Source: an uncultured virus (IMG/VR IMGVR_UViG_3300020438_000022) (taxonomy: Duplodnaviria > Heunggongvirae > Uroviricota > Caudoviricetes). From it: DNA of 64,000 nt. The notes beneath the pieces are model-generated. The model did not search any database. It worked only from the letters and a program-made list of their open reading frames with translations, and was not told the DNA's origin. Below are positions 50,901 through 58,163 of the stretch, piece by piece. A program made the position numbers and the translations under genes. The stretch is from the IMG/VR virus record IMGVR_UViG_3300020438_000022; one strand, given 5' to 3'. Within the stretch, counting starts at the first letter, position 1, and each line of letters starts with the position of its first letter.

Positions 50901-52102
50901 TTTCCAATTTGACGGAAACCACCCAACTCTTCTACAATTTTACTAAATCTAATATCTCTAGGATCTAAACCACCTAGTCCTTTACTTAATAATTCAACAG
51001 CTTTATAAACACCAACAAATTTGCCTTCGGTATCTTGTAGATTAACACCAAACTCTTTTAGTGCTGTAATAGTGCTTTCTCTTTGCAGTCTAGTAAAAAT
51101 AGTTCTCAAACCAGTAGAAATAGTTTCAGCGCTTTCACGAGTAGTAGCACGAACACTAGTAAATACTGCTATAAATTCTTGTAATGCATCTATACCTTGA
51201 CTAACACCCTTACTAGAAGAAGCGAACACACCACCGGCACGCTGAACAGCACCAATAATGTCACCGGCTTCAACAGCAAACTTAGCAGAAACAGCATTAA
51301 TACTACCAAGAGCACTTTCTAGTTGATCAGCACCTATACCGAACTGTCTCATTAAGGCAATACTACCTTCAACCGTTCTGTTCAAGTCATCGAAGGTAGG
51401 AGCTAAGGCACTTTTAGCCAATGCGTCTAATGCTTGACTAGCTTCACGAGACCTTAGACCAGCCTGTGCTAAAGTAACAGATATTTTAGTTAACTCACTA
51501 GAACTAACACCTAATGAAGTTGCCAGATTACTAATTCTTGCTTCGAGCTTACCTATAGCATTAGCTCCATCACCAGTAACCTGCTGTAATCTAATAATCT
51601 CTTTGTTGTAATCTATAAAAGAAGATATACCACGAACTAAAGCATTGTTTAAAGCATATATACCTGTTGTAACTAAACTAAAAGCGGCAAATCTTCTAAC
51701 AGCTAAAGCTGATTGTTTACCAAACTCTTCCATTTGAGAAGTAGCAACTTTTAAATTTCGAGCAGCATTACCTGTACTACTAGATACATTCGATAAAGAT
51801 TGTGTTACCTGATTAATCTGTTGAGAAGCTTGACCAACAGATCTACCACCAGCAGCCTGACTAAATTGCTGCATAGCTCTAGCGGCGGCAGAAGCAGAAC
51901 CTTTAACATTTTTTAAGTTTTTATTTAAAGCAACCAAAGAGGCATTGAGTTGCGTAACATTTCTTGTAGTATTAGCATTGACTTTGACATTAACAGTAGC
52001 ATCAATAGTACCTATCTGTTTCCTGATCTGTGAAACAACTTGTCTAACGTTAGTTGGTCCACGTAAATTCAATTCAGCTGTTAGATTAAATGCTGATGCC
52101 AT
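41915..52102 (-). CDS. tail tape measure protein (TP901-like core) with long C-terminal extension
   Basis: 3395 aa, Ala/Gly/Gln-rich and helical. TP901-type core (TLAQAGL...INAVSAKFAVEAGDI...TRESAETISTGLRTIFTRL). Four '(F/Y)A.GG...D.VPA(M/L)L.PGEFV' motifs. Confidence 0.92.
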   Translation of the reverse strand: MASAFNLTAELNLRGPTNVRQVVSQIRKQIGTIDATVNVKVNANTTRNVTQLNASLVALNKNLKNVKGSASAAARAMQQFSQAAGGRSVGQASQQINQVTQSLSNVSSSTGNAARNLKVATSQMEEFGKQSALAVRRFAAFSLVTTGIYALNNALVRGISSFIDYNKEIIRLQQVTGDGANAIGKLEARISNLATSLGVSSSELTKISVTLAQAGLRSREASQALDALAKSALAPTFDDLNRTVEGSIALMRQFGIGADQLESALGSINAVSAKFAVEAGDIIGAVQRAGGVFASSSKGVSQGIDALQEFIAVFTSVRATTRESAETISTGLRTIFTRLQRESTITALKEFGVNLQDTEGKFVGVYKAVELLSKGLGGLDPRDIRFSKIVEELGGFRQIGKVIPLLQQFTTAQNALSVAQRGQGSLAKDAALAQLSLANQISKVREEFLSLVREIGATDSFQVLVKGALSVSSAMISIADSVKGLIPILGSVLAFKGIGALGNFAKGFGGGLRRNAAGGAIQKYARGGVVGGSGSGDTVPAMLEPGEFVIRKKAVQAVGMQNLSRMNRYAQGGVVDIPSSKPYVKNVRTTFDKKRNTLISEAVASSPPLVLNRKDKVHANIERVQIDPNSLGLPKSNKNLQDYNKAFNSQAHKARGLAFEQVLLDSKKVAKLAERGVGGGGASTSRLDGMISNIDFAEIKSTQEQVSTSHLLDKVAGSIFRPRSDIDRTASSVASKKALSNKPDTLSIGDLTVLEDAGRLKQSGKTSRTQAEIEKNEQKNLRRSKNYFGGTIRRFATGGSSEDTVPALLTPGEFVVNKKAAKSLGAAKLNNLNRADRVKGYNKGGFVGVQKFNTGGGVDPEIDKFATQSLKQGSATGPSIDLQKLEKSITGIGKATILTTGRLQKYTSTLSVSGDLLNDVSNRLGKNNTQFDLLRQKANGAALSFEQVESAIMGDIQALKRQGASLIEVQQKEDALARLRDTKSAATNRLVEQRSAILSNTIVNSIKRAGDRISSIPLVGGFGKKLANVGRGISGQAGFFAGSAISMLGGAGESIFGDREGSEANARNVTGFERATTQAGTGLAIAGQVAMIPGIGPAAAGVIAFGTAIYAAADFVGDFSDAQEEAARELRKAKAGEDLEKATKGVKRALSNFEADIDDIGLESRLIDALAAQNPALAASASTSFEELLSKTRNQELESGTFAERVGRFVTLGIGTSRSNTLGAPELKEFAATQAAAARESAVAAQQVMLKQMRRGEAVDSTVEKTIARTDQSVQLQMAIAYNKALEEGKSETEARAAGEAALTKAMAEGGIAAVEAAQNQSDMTIKMEEAAKATMRLSFSLNKLTQTVSDAVNRFMFETDRARNARSVRADRLDGNASMRDTRFRANNVLENPGVYSRRDIIDSASFASSFIPGRAGRSARNTAIAGSFIERNPNLTVQSAMVGQGDIGGDLLADRLRTRQATASARIRNPEQKQVFDDIMTTAIQAGQSAAEASRAQPGSDKASERLAFEDAFNKSLREQQEKASSPLLQILNALEKELNAFSKEVQASGKRLEEARRFRQKADDIGTDFELELRKVMTGVDASFGETALISARRTGRDTGGRTDPFAILENIERLNKKSEDLELKRDRAATTDTDAYAKHTLELDENNRELARNKAALERLAASGELAAAALRDLSEIRALQDQTINQAKGILTRSPEENLRNFRADQRLAQFQQTGRLESNTPEARAAARDAFQRSGGDPRQARLAFENVRAQQRGEMFDALDRQRASRELNKRNERADFIMDRREKLGIKDRPLTAQERADEQKAVKNAELTDEQIREDFNKEQAGLMRQMGAQMGLTPENAPEFFRAIKRLEDPSTDSAARLAEQEARDASEMQRQANEAMAQLNENMANLPAVLESLSTSIANLEGYLASQGQGQGRQPVQSRPAPGSGQPIVAAASGGVIKPVYAQQGTYVKYEPKGPDRIPAMLADGEYVLKQDAVSQIGIRNLDILNKTGSLSQAMYGNKGGLIKAKGFVRGGLAMMDFDNDQQGRMLIASTNGRAKAMAESESERHFAETGDREAANQIYKDSYSKYGGYDMSKRIDPDQVYNSNNEYRNLMLQSSEERRMHHEEMQMHKEGMAFSRDQLSMATTAEQKENHKRSLAESRNEYMRLHKEGPRTTAYDEMFTAEARKAREKQANKDYLAGANFAQTQAAKQKEAERIKTEQAADAANDARLAQASADYNQAQAERKAREQNAIKQGFIQPDQISGVQTFYTDSGHSRHGSFHKYDPETGLIHFDTRDPKTLEITGSATVPFDRLDKDSYRRVYEQYEKQQERLALEQYHRDEERKRQEAQIREGVGQMMEMLPSVPGMMYDNFIQKPMDAGAQIYENMKQTAAAQQKAKEEKAAAKQAEINNAVVPGMFRTTAPAPPTATAPLSSEQPSARDQVIPFTDGMTMQDFTIESRYRDKERMPDIFEKLEAGTRSIPGVGNYIANTVGGTEELFETVGTGLQSLLYKSGRAPLRAIGGSNFLSDAGAEGYIVQDQYATKMGDLKSRLADLKGYRSFSMLTGGINSSEYSSSVDKEIGALEAQINKTYSEHQDYLKKNNLEGGGLETLGSGAAGVIPYFMSPDAIELGVRGAMKAPSFLRRGTRGVINTASDAVARIRDTSNAIDAANTARSTTRRAALLREREAAINFARKSGVPDEKIRELIESGDDEAGALAVLGNLFQEGAGTSGLKTIRDRFLAHDAKKPFATMDFLTGRHFGFDSETARIVASNLDTDPQIAAQQLQRLYDNPYQETMVESMRQNFFNNATQQGRIPYQKSHPPGPPNFYSNPTLTSPQLPATPRPAPVAPATTTSGSLQQPGLVTTFVGNVKEAAKKPFRKSTKQANREAAEKLSNMGQMTAAAAQRNPRAEEIYNAMLDYKTYYPQKDFPEYIRNHHTFKEGSVDAALNKKYRRLNNTRGRYSPDADGKMAVRINADPRQGGMRAGKLTGQGKRTLHHERLHAITDLIHESKLDVKDAAAVDAFVKNYNLVEGMGINADMVKYMGDTGLESLTSARKASTALPADQSFARQLPPLILEEARIAKIHGLDLFGHKPGASGSFMNRVIEYAEGMKGRKFTKRLLEIQNSGDEQELFMLLEQLPKGKSLSRALQTPYKGDIPKFSKIKGEIPKFANGGYVGIGNNMAKPKGTDSILANIANSNMNAALSPDEFVVRAPQARKFGGLLNDINNGKLQSSNMTRYLSQGGFIKPGYYNIGGAVGGVSNNIAQPNISIDTTALDNLASQLTNLQEFVGQLGEHVNTFAQGTETFAGSTEMYNQGVSQYSESVDNMPNQLTTKVDQTVKTQHFGLDAVTDNVSQNILAQADQNSSLTNHNAMSRLDRTEFEGGLNTSRNSTPMGGGQYS

Positions 52103-52122
52103 TTATAATACCTTTGTAAATA

Positions 52123-52156
52123 GAAAATCCTCGTCCGATAACAGACGAGGACTCTC
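52123..52156 (-). terminator. stem-loop between the chaperone and tape measure genes
   Basis: On the - strand GAGAGTCCTCGTCTG-TTAT-CGGACGAGGATTTTC forms a 15-bp stem with G-U pairs, followed by TATTT. Confidence 0.7.
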
Positions 52157-52184
52157 AGAGATTATATAATACCAAAGATCTAAA

Positions 52185-53078
52185 CTAGGATTTAGTTGAG
52201 GCAGTCTTTTTCCTCTTAGGAGTGGTAGGTTTTTCTGATGCTTCTGCTTCTTCATCTTGGTCTTTGTCTTCTTGTGGTGTTTCATCTAAAATTACAGGAT
52301 TGCCTTCATCATCTAAAAACGGCTCGCTTTCAACAACGTAATCTCCCTCATCATCGATTAAGTTGCCAAACTTATCTACAAACTTACCATCATCATTAAT
52401 ATATCTTCCTTCTTCATTAATCAATCTTCCATCAGCATCAATTAGTCTACCCTGTTTATCCACATAACGTAAATCATTGTCTATAAATTTATATTTTTGT
52501 AAAAATTTATTTTCTGGTAAATTACGTTCATAATCATTATCCAAACCATACATCATATTGGCCAAATTCTGAGCACCTAATAAACCTACTGGATCAGTAG
52601 ATCTGTTAAGGTAGTCTTCCATACTGCTAAAATAGGGCTGTTTAGAATCATTATACACCACACAAACACTAACTAAATAATTAAATCTAGCATTATCAGC
52701 TTGTCCTTCTGCACTATGGTTATCCAAGCTAGTTCTTACACTAATTAAATCCCTCATATCATCTCTTAATTGTCTCATTTTAACAGCTAGGGTTCGGGCT
52801 TCTTTTAAACCAAAACCGCCTTTAGCCAGCCTTTTCTCGCCGTCTGAGATCTCTCTCTGTAGTGTATCGAATTGTGCTTGCTTCTCATCATCCCACAACC
52901 CCTGGTCTTTGAGCAGGTCATCTAACTTGGCTCGTACTACACTTTTGCTCTTTATAGCATCGGTGAAAGCTTGATTGTAAACCTTTTGTGCTTCTCTTTG
53001 CTGTTCTAAAGAAGGTGTTTGGATTAAAAACTCTTTATCTTTATCGTCTACATTAATAGTAAAAGTCTTAGTCTTCAT
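52185..53078 (-). CDS. putative tail assembly chaperone (G-like) with C-terminal 7-aa repeats
   Basis: Directly upstream of the tape measure, helical. Repeats (D/N)xxG(R/K/N)(L/Y/F)(I/V). RBS AGGAG. Confidence 0.65.
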   Translation of the reverse strand: MKTKTFTINVDDKDKEFLIQTPSLEQQREAQKVYNQAFTDAIKSKSVVRAKLDDLLKDQGLWDDEKQAQFDTLQREISDGEKRLAKGGFGLKEARTLAVKMRQLRDDMRDLISVRTSLDNHSAEGQADNARFNYLVSVCVVYNDSKQPYFSSMEDYLNRSTDPVGLLGAQNLANMMYGLDNDYERNLPENKFLQKYKFIDNDLRYVDKQGRLIDADGRLINEEGRYINDDGKFVDKFGNLIDDEGDYVVESEPFLDDEGNPVILDETPQEDKDQDEEAEASEKPTTPKRKKTASTKS

Positions 53079-53086
53079 GGTTTCTC

Positions 53087-53383
53087 CTAGTCTTCATCTT
53101 GATTAAAATAGAATTTATAGTGATATTTGGTATCCACTTGTTTAGTATTTAAAAATTTTAAAATATCGTTAATCGCACCCCTAAGTTGTTTATTTCCGTT
53201 ATTCAATATATTGTTTCTAGTGTATTCCCACTTGTCTTCAAATTTTAATCTATCTGGATGCTCGTCTTCCCACAAAAAAGCAAATGCTTCTTCAAATCTG
53301 GCTAAAGAACCAATCATAGTTGTTTGGAATTTTTTTTCTAAATTTTTTATTAATTGATCTACATCGGGATTACTCATAATCAT
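53087..53383 (-). CDS. hypothetical protein (tail region)
   Basis: 98-aa ORF with ATGA overlap with the upstream gene. Confidence 0.7.
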   Translation of the reverse strand: MIMSNPDVDQLIKNLEKKFQTTMIGSLARFEEAFAFLWEDEHPDRLKFEDKWEYTRNNILNNGNKQLRGAINDILKFLNTKQVDTKYHYKFYFNQDED

Positions 53384-54426
53384 TTCCTACTTTTCAGAAG
53401 TTCTGCTTGTTGGTTCATTAACTCTCGTTTTGTTTCCGGTAACTCGCTTTCTGTTACCTGTCCATGCTGATTAATATAACTGAATTTTTCTTTCATTCTG
53501 TTTCTGGCACCAGCATCATTTAAGTCTAAAATATCTTCTTTGCTCATTCCATCCTCACCAGCCATTAAAAAGACTTCACTAGCATTCGCTAGTTTAGAAT
53601 TTTGACTATCTATATTTTGTTGTTTCTTTTCTCTTTCTACTTTTCTTCTCTGATAAATCATCCATCCATCTAGCATATCGGAATCTTGTATTACAGTTTC
53701 AGGAGGAGATTCTGGATGTTCATAGACACTATCATACATTTGCGAAACACCAACTAATGTTCTTTGCTCATCAGTCCAATCTGAAACACAACCTTTAAAT
53801 ACTTGTGACTTGTTGCAGTTCCAGTATGCTCTCCAAAAAGCACTTCTAGCAATAGCTTTATGTGTCTCGTAATTTATAATATTACTATTAATCACATTAA
53901 CTAACTTTATAAATTTTTGATAAGAACATTTATCGCTTTGTTCTTGGTTTTTAAAAACAAGACGATTATCGGAATATAAAGTTTTAGAGATAATATATTC
54001 ATTTTTAATAGAAGAAGCATAACCCTCTAGAGTATTACTATAAAAGTCACTTTTTGTTGAAAGTAATTTGTTTAATTGATTTTTACTAAACTGCAGATTT
54101 TTTCTAGCAAACTGTACTCTACTTTTCATGTCTCTGGATTTATATAATTCTAACTTTTGATCGTCTACTTTTTTTTCTAGTTTTTTAATCATATCTAATG
54201 CATCTTTAGGCCATAATCCTAAGTGTATAATAATAGGTATTAAATTTTCTTCTCTAAACCAATCATTATACTTCTCTTGTTCTATAACTTTACTGTACAA
54301 TAAATTAGCTTTGTATCTAATCAAAGAAGACGGAGCATGTAATTCGTATTCACTATCATTATAAGTAAATAGTAGATTACCAGATATTATCCTGTGTATA
54401 TAGAATTCAATATCAGCATCAGTCAT
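53380..54426 (-). CDS. putative tail assembly chaperone (GT-like), N-terminal part paralogous to 52185-53078
   Basis: Lies between the tail tube and tape measure. Shares the PS......A...Y, GLW and (T/S).EG.A......Y(I/L).S pattern with the 297-aa gene. Confidence 0.6.
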   Translation of the reverse strand: MTDADIEFYIHRIISGNLLFTYNDSEYELHAPSSLIRYKANLLYSKVIEQEKYNDWFREENLIPIIIHLGLWPKDALDMIKKLEKKVDDQKLELYKSRDMKSRVQFARKNLQFSKNQLNKLLSTKSDFYSNTLEGYASSIKNEYIISKTLYSDNRLVFKNQEQSDKCSYQKFIKLVNVINSNIINYETHKAIARSAFWRAYWNCNKSQVFKGCVSDWTDEQRTLVGVSQMYDSVYEHPESPPETVIQDSDMLDGWMIYQRRKVEREKKQQNIDSQNSKLANASEVFLMAGEDGMSKEDILDLNDAGARNRMKEKFSYINQHGQVTESELPETKRELMNQQAELLKSRK

Positions 54427-54568
54427 CCTTCGTCCTAGATTTTTCTAATTCCAAAATAAGTTTATCTTTTTCTTCTATTTTGTTATGTAGCATCTCCAAC
54501 ACCTTTTGAGTGTTAGAGATATCCACATACATTCTACCTATAATACTATATAGGTCATTTTCATTCAT
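54419..54568 (-). CDS. small coiled-coil protein, 49 aa (missing from the ORF track)
   Basis: MNENDLYSIIGRMYVDISNTQKVLEMLHNKIEEKDKLILELEKSRTKDD*. AGGA upstream. The stop overlaps the next start (ATGACTGA). Confidence 0.75.
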   Translation of the reverse strand: MNENDLYSIIGRMYVDISNTQKVLEMLHNKIEEKDKLILELEKSRTKDD

Positions 54569-54613
54569 ATTCCTAGTCCTGTCTATCAATCCTGCTTCTA
54601 CAATTAATCTATA

Positions 54614-55738
54614 CTAGTCTTCTAGGTCAGCATCGTCTGTAGCATCTACAAAACCTGCGTCAACCCAGCTACCACTAGCATTCATAACAAAGTCGTTAAA
54701 GTTTCTAAAACTGTAAGTGATTGTAGCGTTTCCGCCTGTAGCATCACCACCAGTATAGTTAACACTTAATAGCTTGTTCTTGTTGCCTAAATCGAGCTGA
54801 CATTTGGCACTACCAGTAGTACAAACTGTAATTCTAGCTGGCTTATTGCTAACATTAGTATATGTTGTACCGCAACTACCAGCAACACTAGCAAAGTCAT
54901 TAGCTTCGATATGGTCACCATCACTAGCGACAACTTCGTAATCACTAGTTACTTCAACTGGGAAGTTAATATAACGATGATAAGGAGCAAAAGCACCGAA
55001 TTCGTTAATCTGCTCACGACCAAGGTCACTACTAACAGTAATAGTTTGAACATAAGGACGCTTAGGATCTCTAAAGCCACCGGGCCCGGAAGCATCACGT
55101 GGTACACGAATACCACCATCACCAGTTGGCAATACGGTTTCAGTGAAATCAATATTAAATCTACGAATAGGAGTAACAGGACTACCACTTCCAGTGAATC
55201 CGAAATCATTCTGGGCTGAGCCAGGAGCTCCAGTTACACCACTACCCCATAACTTATTATTTCCAACAAGAGTAATGTCTTCTGTAGCTGTTCCGTCTAC
55301 AGGAAAAGTATAAGTAAATGAAGACAAGTACATACCAGAGCAATCTACGTAATGATCAGGTGCTCCAGTAGCATTACTATGATCATCAGCAAAAATACCA
55401 AGTCTAAAGTTTACTCTATTGTTACCTAAGTTTGCTAAAGTTTTACCAACAGCACCAGTAATACCATCAGAACCACCCATAGACATTAGATATAGTGGTG
55501 GCGTACCATCCATTAACTTACTGACTGTAACTTCTACGTCAGGAGTCTGTTCTGGTTGATCGTAAACTTCCAACTGACCTAATTGGAATAACTGTTCAAG
55601 ATTGAAATTAGTGGTCATACCAACACTTTGTACACCTTTAGGCGAATAAAAAGTGGAGAAAGTCGATGTTCCATCTGAATTCTGTGGTTTTAAATTTACT
55701 GCTTGTGTAGCAAAATATACTCTGTTGATTGCTGCCAT
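54614..55738 (-). CDS. major tail (tube) protein
   Basis: GVQSVGMTTNFNLEQLFQLGQLEVY.......VEVTVSK and a second VQTITVSSDLGREQINEFG...FPVEVT half give a duplicated tube-like fold. Canonical position. Confidence 0.75.
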   Translation of the reverse strand: MAAINRVYFATQAVNLKPQNSDGTSTFSTFYSPKGVQSVGMTTNFNLEQLFQLGQLEVYDQPEQTPDVEVTVSKLMDGTPPLYLMSMGGSDGITGAVGKTLANLGNNRVNFRLGIFADDHSNATGAPDHYVDCSGMYLSSFTYTFPVDGTATEDITLVGNNKLWGSGVTGAPGSAQNDFGFTGSGSPVTPIRRFNIDFTETVLPTGDGGIRVPRDASGPGGFRDPKRPYVQTITVSSDLGREQINEFGAFAPYHRYINFPVEVTSDYEVVASDGDHIEANDFASVAGSCGTTYTNVSNKPARITVCTTGSAKCQLDLGNKNKLLSVNYTGGDATGGNATITYSFRNFNDFVMNASGSWVDAGFVDATDDADLED

Positions 55739-55816
55739 AATAAAAGACTCCGGTGTTGGTTTAAATTAGACTTAGATATTTTAGTTGGTATTATATAATT
55801 TTTGTAACATAACTTG

Positions 55817-55824
55817 TATACACC
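55817..55824 (-). promoter_or_regulatory. candidate phage late promoter motif GGTGTATA
   Basis: Intergenic, about 79 nt upstream of the tail tube start. Confidence 0.6.
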
Positions 55825-55834
55825 AATAATCGTA

Positions 55835-56758
55835 TTATTTAAAAATTTGTAGACTCCAACGAACAATAGCATTGAATAAATTATTACTTAAATTATTCAT
55901 CTCAGAAAGAGTACTATTGACAATATGACATTGATTTTGAACGTAATTAGAATCCCCATAAATTTGACCATAATATTGACCGTTAGGATTAATTTGACCA
56001 TATTTATCTAAAGGATTTTTGTCATCTTTAGTTATTTTAGTAATATCATGCAGGGCTATGAAGTTATCTTTTTGTTGTATTAAGATATCTACTAAATTAG
56101 ATCTAATTGTTGGATTTTCAGCAAATATATGTAGAAAGACATCTTGTACTATATGGTTATCTGAAGATCCAAGCTCTGCTGGAATTTGAAAATTTCTAGG
56201 TATAGTTTCTATCATAATAGACGGAAGTTGCATTCTGTGATTAGCAGTGATACTATTATCCCCATTAGGTTTTACTGGATTACTGTATGTATATTGCTGT
56301 ACTTCTTTCCACCAAGAAGATTCATTAGCTTTGTATGTTTGTACATATCTATACGAATATCCCATCTCTACTTTACTTGTACTAGATACTACTCGATTAA
56401 AATTAATACGACCTAATCTGTAGTCTATTGTATAGCCATAATTACCACTCCCTGTAGGAGCAGGTAAGAATGTGTTATTTAAATATAATCCACTAATTTC
56501 TACAGGCGAACCAATACCAGTTTCGTAAACCCAGTCTTTTCTAGGAGATTCCCACACTTTTGTTGTTTGTGAAGGATCTGAGACCGGTTTTAGTTTATGA
56601 AAATCATTACTATAAAGTCCAGAAGTAGGTATATTAACATTCACATAACCATCAACATTTAAAAAAGACCAATCTAAAAATCTTTTAAGATTATCCTCTA
56701 GATTAGATATAGCGCCTCTTTGACCTATTTTATTAGTATTTAAGAATGTGCTACTCAT
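55835..56758 (-). CDS. putative tail terminator/completion protein
   Basis: Directly upstream of the tube gene. LPSIMIE...QDVFLHIFAEN...R..LVDIL is a terminator-like pattern. Confidence 0.6.
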   Translation of the reverse strand: MSSTFLNTNKIGQRGAISNLEDNLKRFLDWSFLNVDGYVNVNIPTSGLYSNDFHKLKPVSDPSQTTKVWESPRKDWVYETGIGSPVEISGLYLNNTFLPAPTGSGNYGYTIDYRLGRINFNRVVSSTSKVEMGYSYRYVQTYKANESSWWKEVQQYTYSNPVKPNGDNSITANHRMQLPSIMIETIPRNFQIPAELGSSDNHIVQDVFLHIFAENPTIRSNLVDILIQQKDNFIALHDITKITKDDKNPLDKYGQINPNGQYYGQIYGDSNYVQNQCHIVNSTLSEMNNLSNNLFNAIVRWSLQIFK

Positions 56759-57396
56759 AAACTTTCCTCTATACGTTTTTTAATAATTGCATAAATTTTA
56801 GATTCTGTTCTGTCAATTGCTCTAGTAGTCCAGTTATTTTCTTCTTTACCTATGAACAAAGGAGGAACTCTCCAATCTCCCTCACTAGGTATCATTACAC
56901 CAAGCCCGGATCTAGACCTACCACTAGATGTATACTTTACGTCGTACTTTTTGACAATGGGCGCATTACCTTTAAGTAAAAGCCATTCAAGCCATGGTAA
57001 TGTTGCTCCTTTAGACGTTACTACAATAGCCGGACTAGAATATATAACACCAGACAAATCATCAGATTTCATCATGTTTAAGGTAAACCCACCAGATAGA
57101 GATCTGCTAGAGGCAATAATTTTATTTTGTTTAAACTGTATAGTATTTACTAAAGCGTCAACCACTTCGCCAACTTGAGAAGCGTCTGGTATACCAAATT
57201 CTATTTTAAGTGTGCCAGAGGTTAATGAGGTGTATTCTGGTTCTTGTATCAAGGCTTCTTTAACCGCTACTTTAATATCAGAAGCTATTTTAGGAACAGC
57301 TTTAGCAATAGATGCATTTAAATGATTGCGCAAGCCAGACATAATAGATCTGGTTATCTCAGCATCGCTTTCTAATAATTTAGCAGTGATTCTCAT
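56755..57396 (-). CDS. putative neck/tail-completion protein (HK97 gp10-like position)
   Basis: Position between adaptor and terminator. SGTLK, LPWLEWLL.G, NWTTRAID. Start re-called at 57396 (ATGA overlap). Confidence 0.5.
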   Translation of the reverse strand: MRITAKLLESDAEITRSIMSGLRNHLNASIAKAVPKIASDIKVAVKEALIQEPEYTSLTSGTLKIEFGIPDASQVGEVVDALVNTIQFKQNKIIASSRSLSGGFTLNMMKSDDLSGVIYSSPAIVVTSKGATLPWLEWLLLKGNAPIVKKYDVKYTSSGRSRSGLGVMIPSEGDWRVPPLFIGKEENNWTTRAIDRTESKIYAIIKKRIEESL

Positions 57397-57923
57397 TGTT
57401 TTTTCCACATTGTAATTACATATTTATTTTGACCTAATCCTACAGGAGTTGGATCTCCTGCTCGATAGTATACATAATTACCAGATGCAGAAATATCGGT
57501 ATCAAACACAACAGAATTAGCATTACGTATTTTAGGTAATTTGCTAATATCACAAATAGTTTGTGCCATTCCATCAGAAATATTAACGGCGTTTGAAGAA
57601 TAATTCAAGAAATATTTACTATCAAATATTACAGCCATATTAATAATTTCATTAGAGTCAGTCTTAACTGCTCCCATACCTAAACAAACAGGACACATCG
57701 TACCCTCTGTGAAAGGTGCTGGGCCAGTACCGTTATAGATATTAGTAGATAGTTTGGAAATAGGGTCATATATACAATTTTCACAAAATGAAACATTATC
57801 TTGGCCGCTGTATTCGAATTTACAAGGCACAGTTAGTCCGCTGTCAGATAAAATACCATCTATAGCATCTGTATACAACTTTTTAAATTCTTTAGAAATT
57901 ATATTGTCAAAAGGATTACTCAT
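57393..57923 (-). CDS. putative head-closure/stopper protein with Zn-finger insertion
   Basis: CENC...CPVCLGMG and a C-terminal beta-barrel-like Y.RAGDP.PVGLG..KYVITMW. Position in the neck module. Confidence 0.55.
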   Translation of the reverse strand: MSNPFDNIISKEFKKLYTDAIDGILSDSGLTVPCKFEYSGQDNVSFCENCIYDPISKLSTNIYNGTGPAPFTEGTMCPVCLGMGAVKTDSNEIINMAVIFDSKYFLNYSSNAVNISDGMAQTICDISKLPKIRNANSVVFDTDISASGNYVYYRAGDPTPVGLGQNKYVITMWKKQ

Positions 57924-58161
57924 TGTTTTTAATTGTAGTTGTTATGGTTTCGTCTTCTATTATTTTTATATTGGAACTAAATATGTTTTCTTCTGAGCCG
58001 TCATTGACTGTGGTGCTTGAAAACAGTCTTTGTGTTTGTAATATCTGGTCTTTAATAATATTTATACTAGTGTCATCCTGATCTATCTTGGCTATAGTAG
58101 GGTAAAATATTGTTAATTTAGATTCTTCTTGAGTGTCTAAAAGTTGATTGATAACAGACAT
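57916..58161 (-). CDS. hypothetical protein
   Basis: 81-aa ORF filling the gap and overlapping the next gene. Confidence 0.6.
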   Translation of the reverse strand: MSVINQLLDTQEESKLTIFYPTIAKIDQDDTSINIIKDQILQTQRLFSSTTVNDGSEENIFSSNIKIIEDETITTTIKNNE

Positions 58162-58163
58162 AA

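Noticed and set aside
52103..52285. 60-aa alternative-frame ORF ending right at the tape measure ATG, as a possible frameshift extension of the chaperone
   Set aside because: It is in the +1 frame. The -1 frame after G AAA AAG hits TAA within a few codons. No convincing shift site exists, and the region is better explained by the hairpin.
54614..56758. Contractile tail sheath gene
   Set aside because: No sheath-sized or sheath-like ORF lies beside the tube gene, so the window is more consistent with a non-contractile tail.
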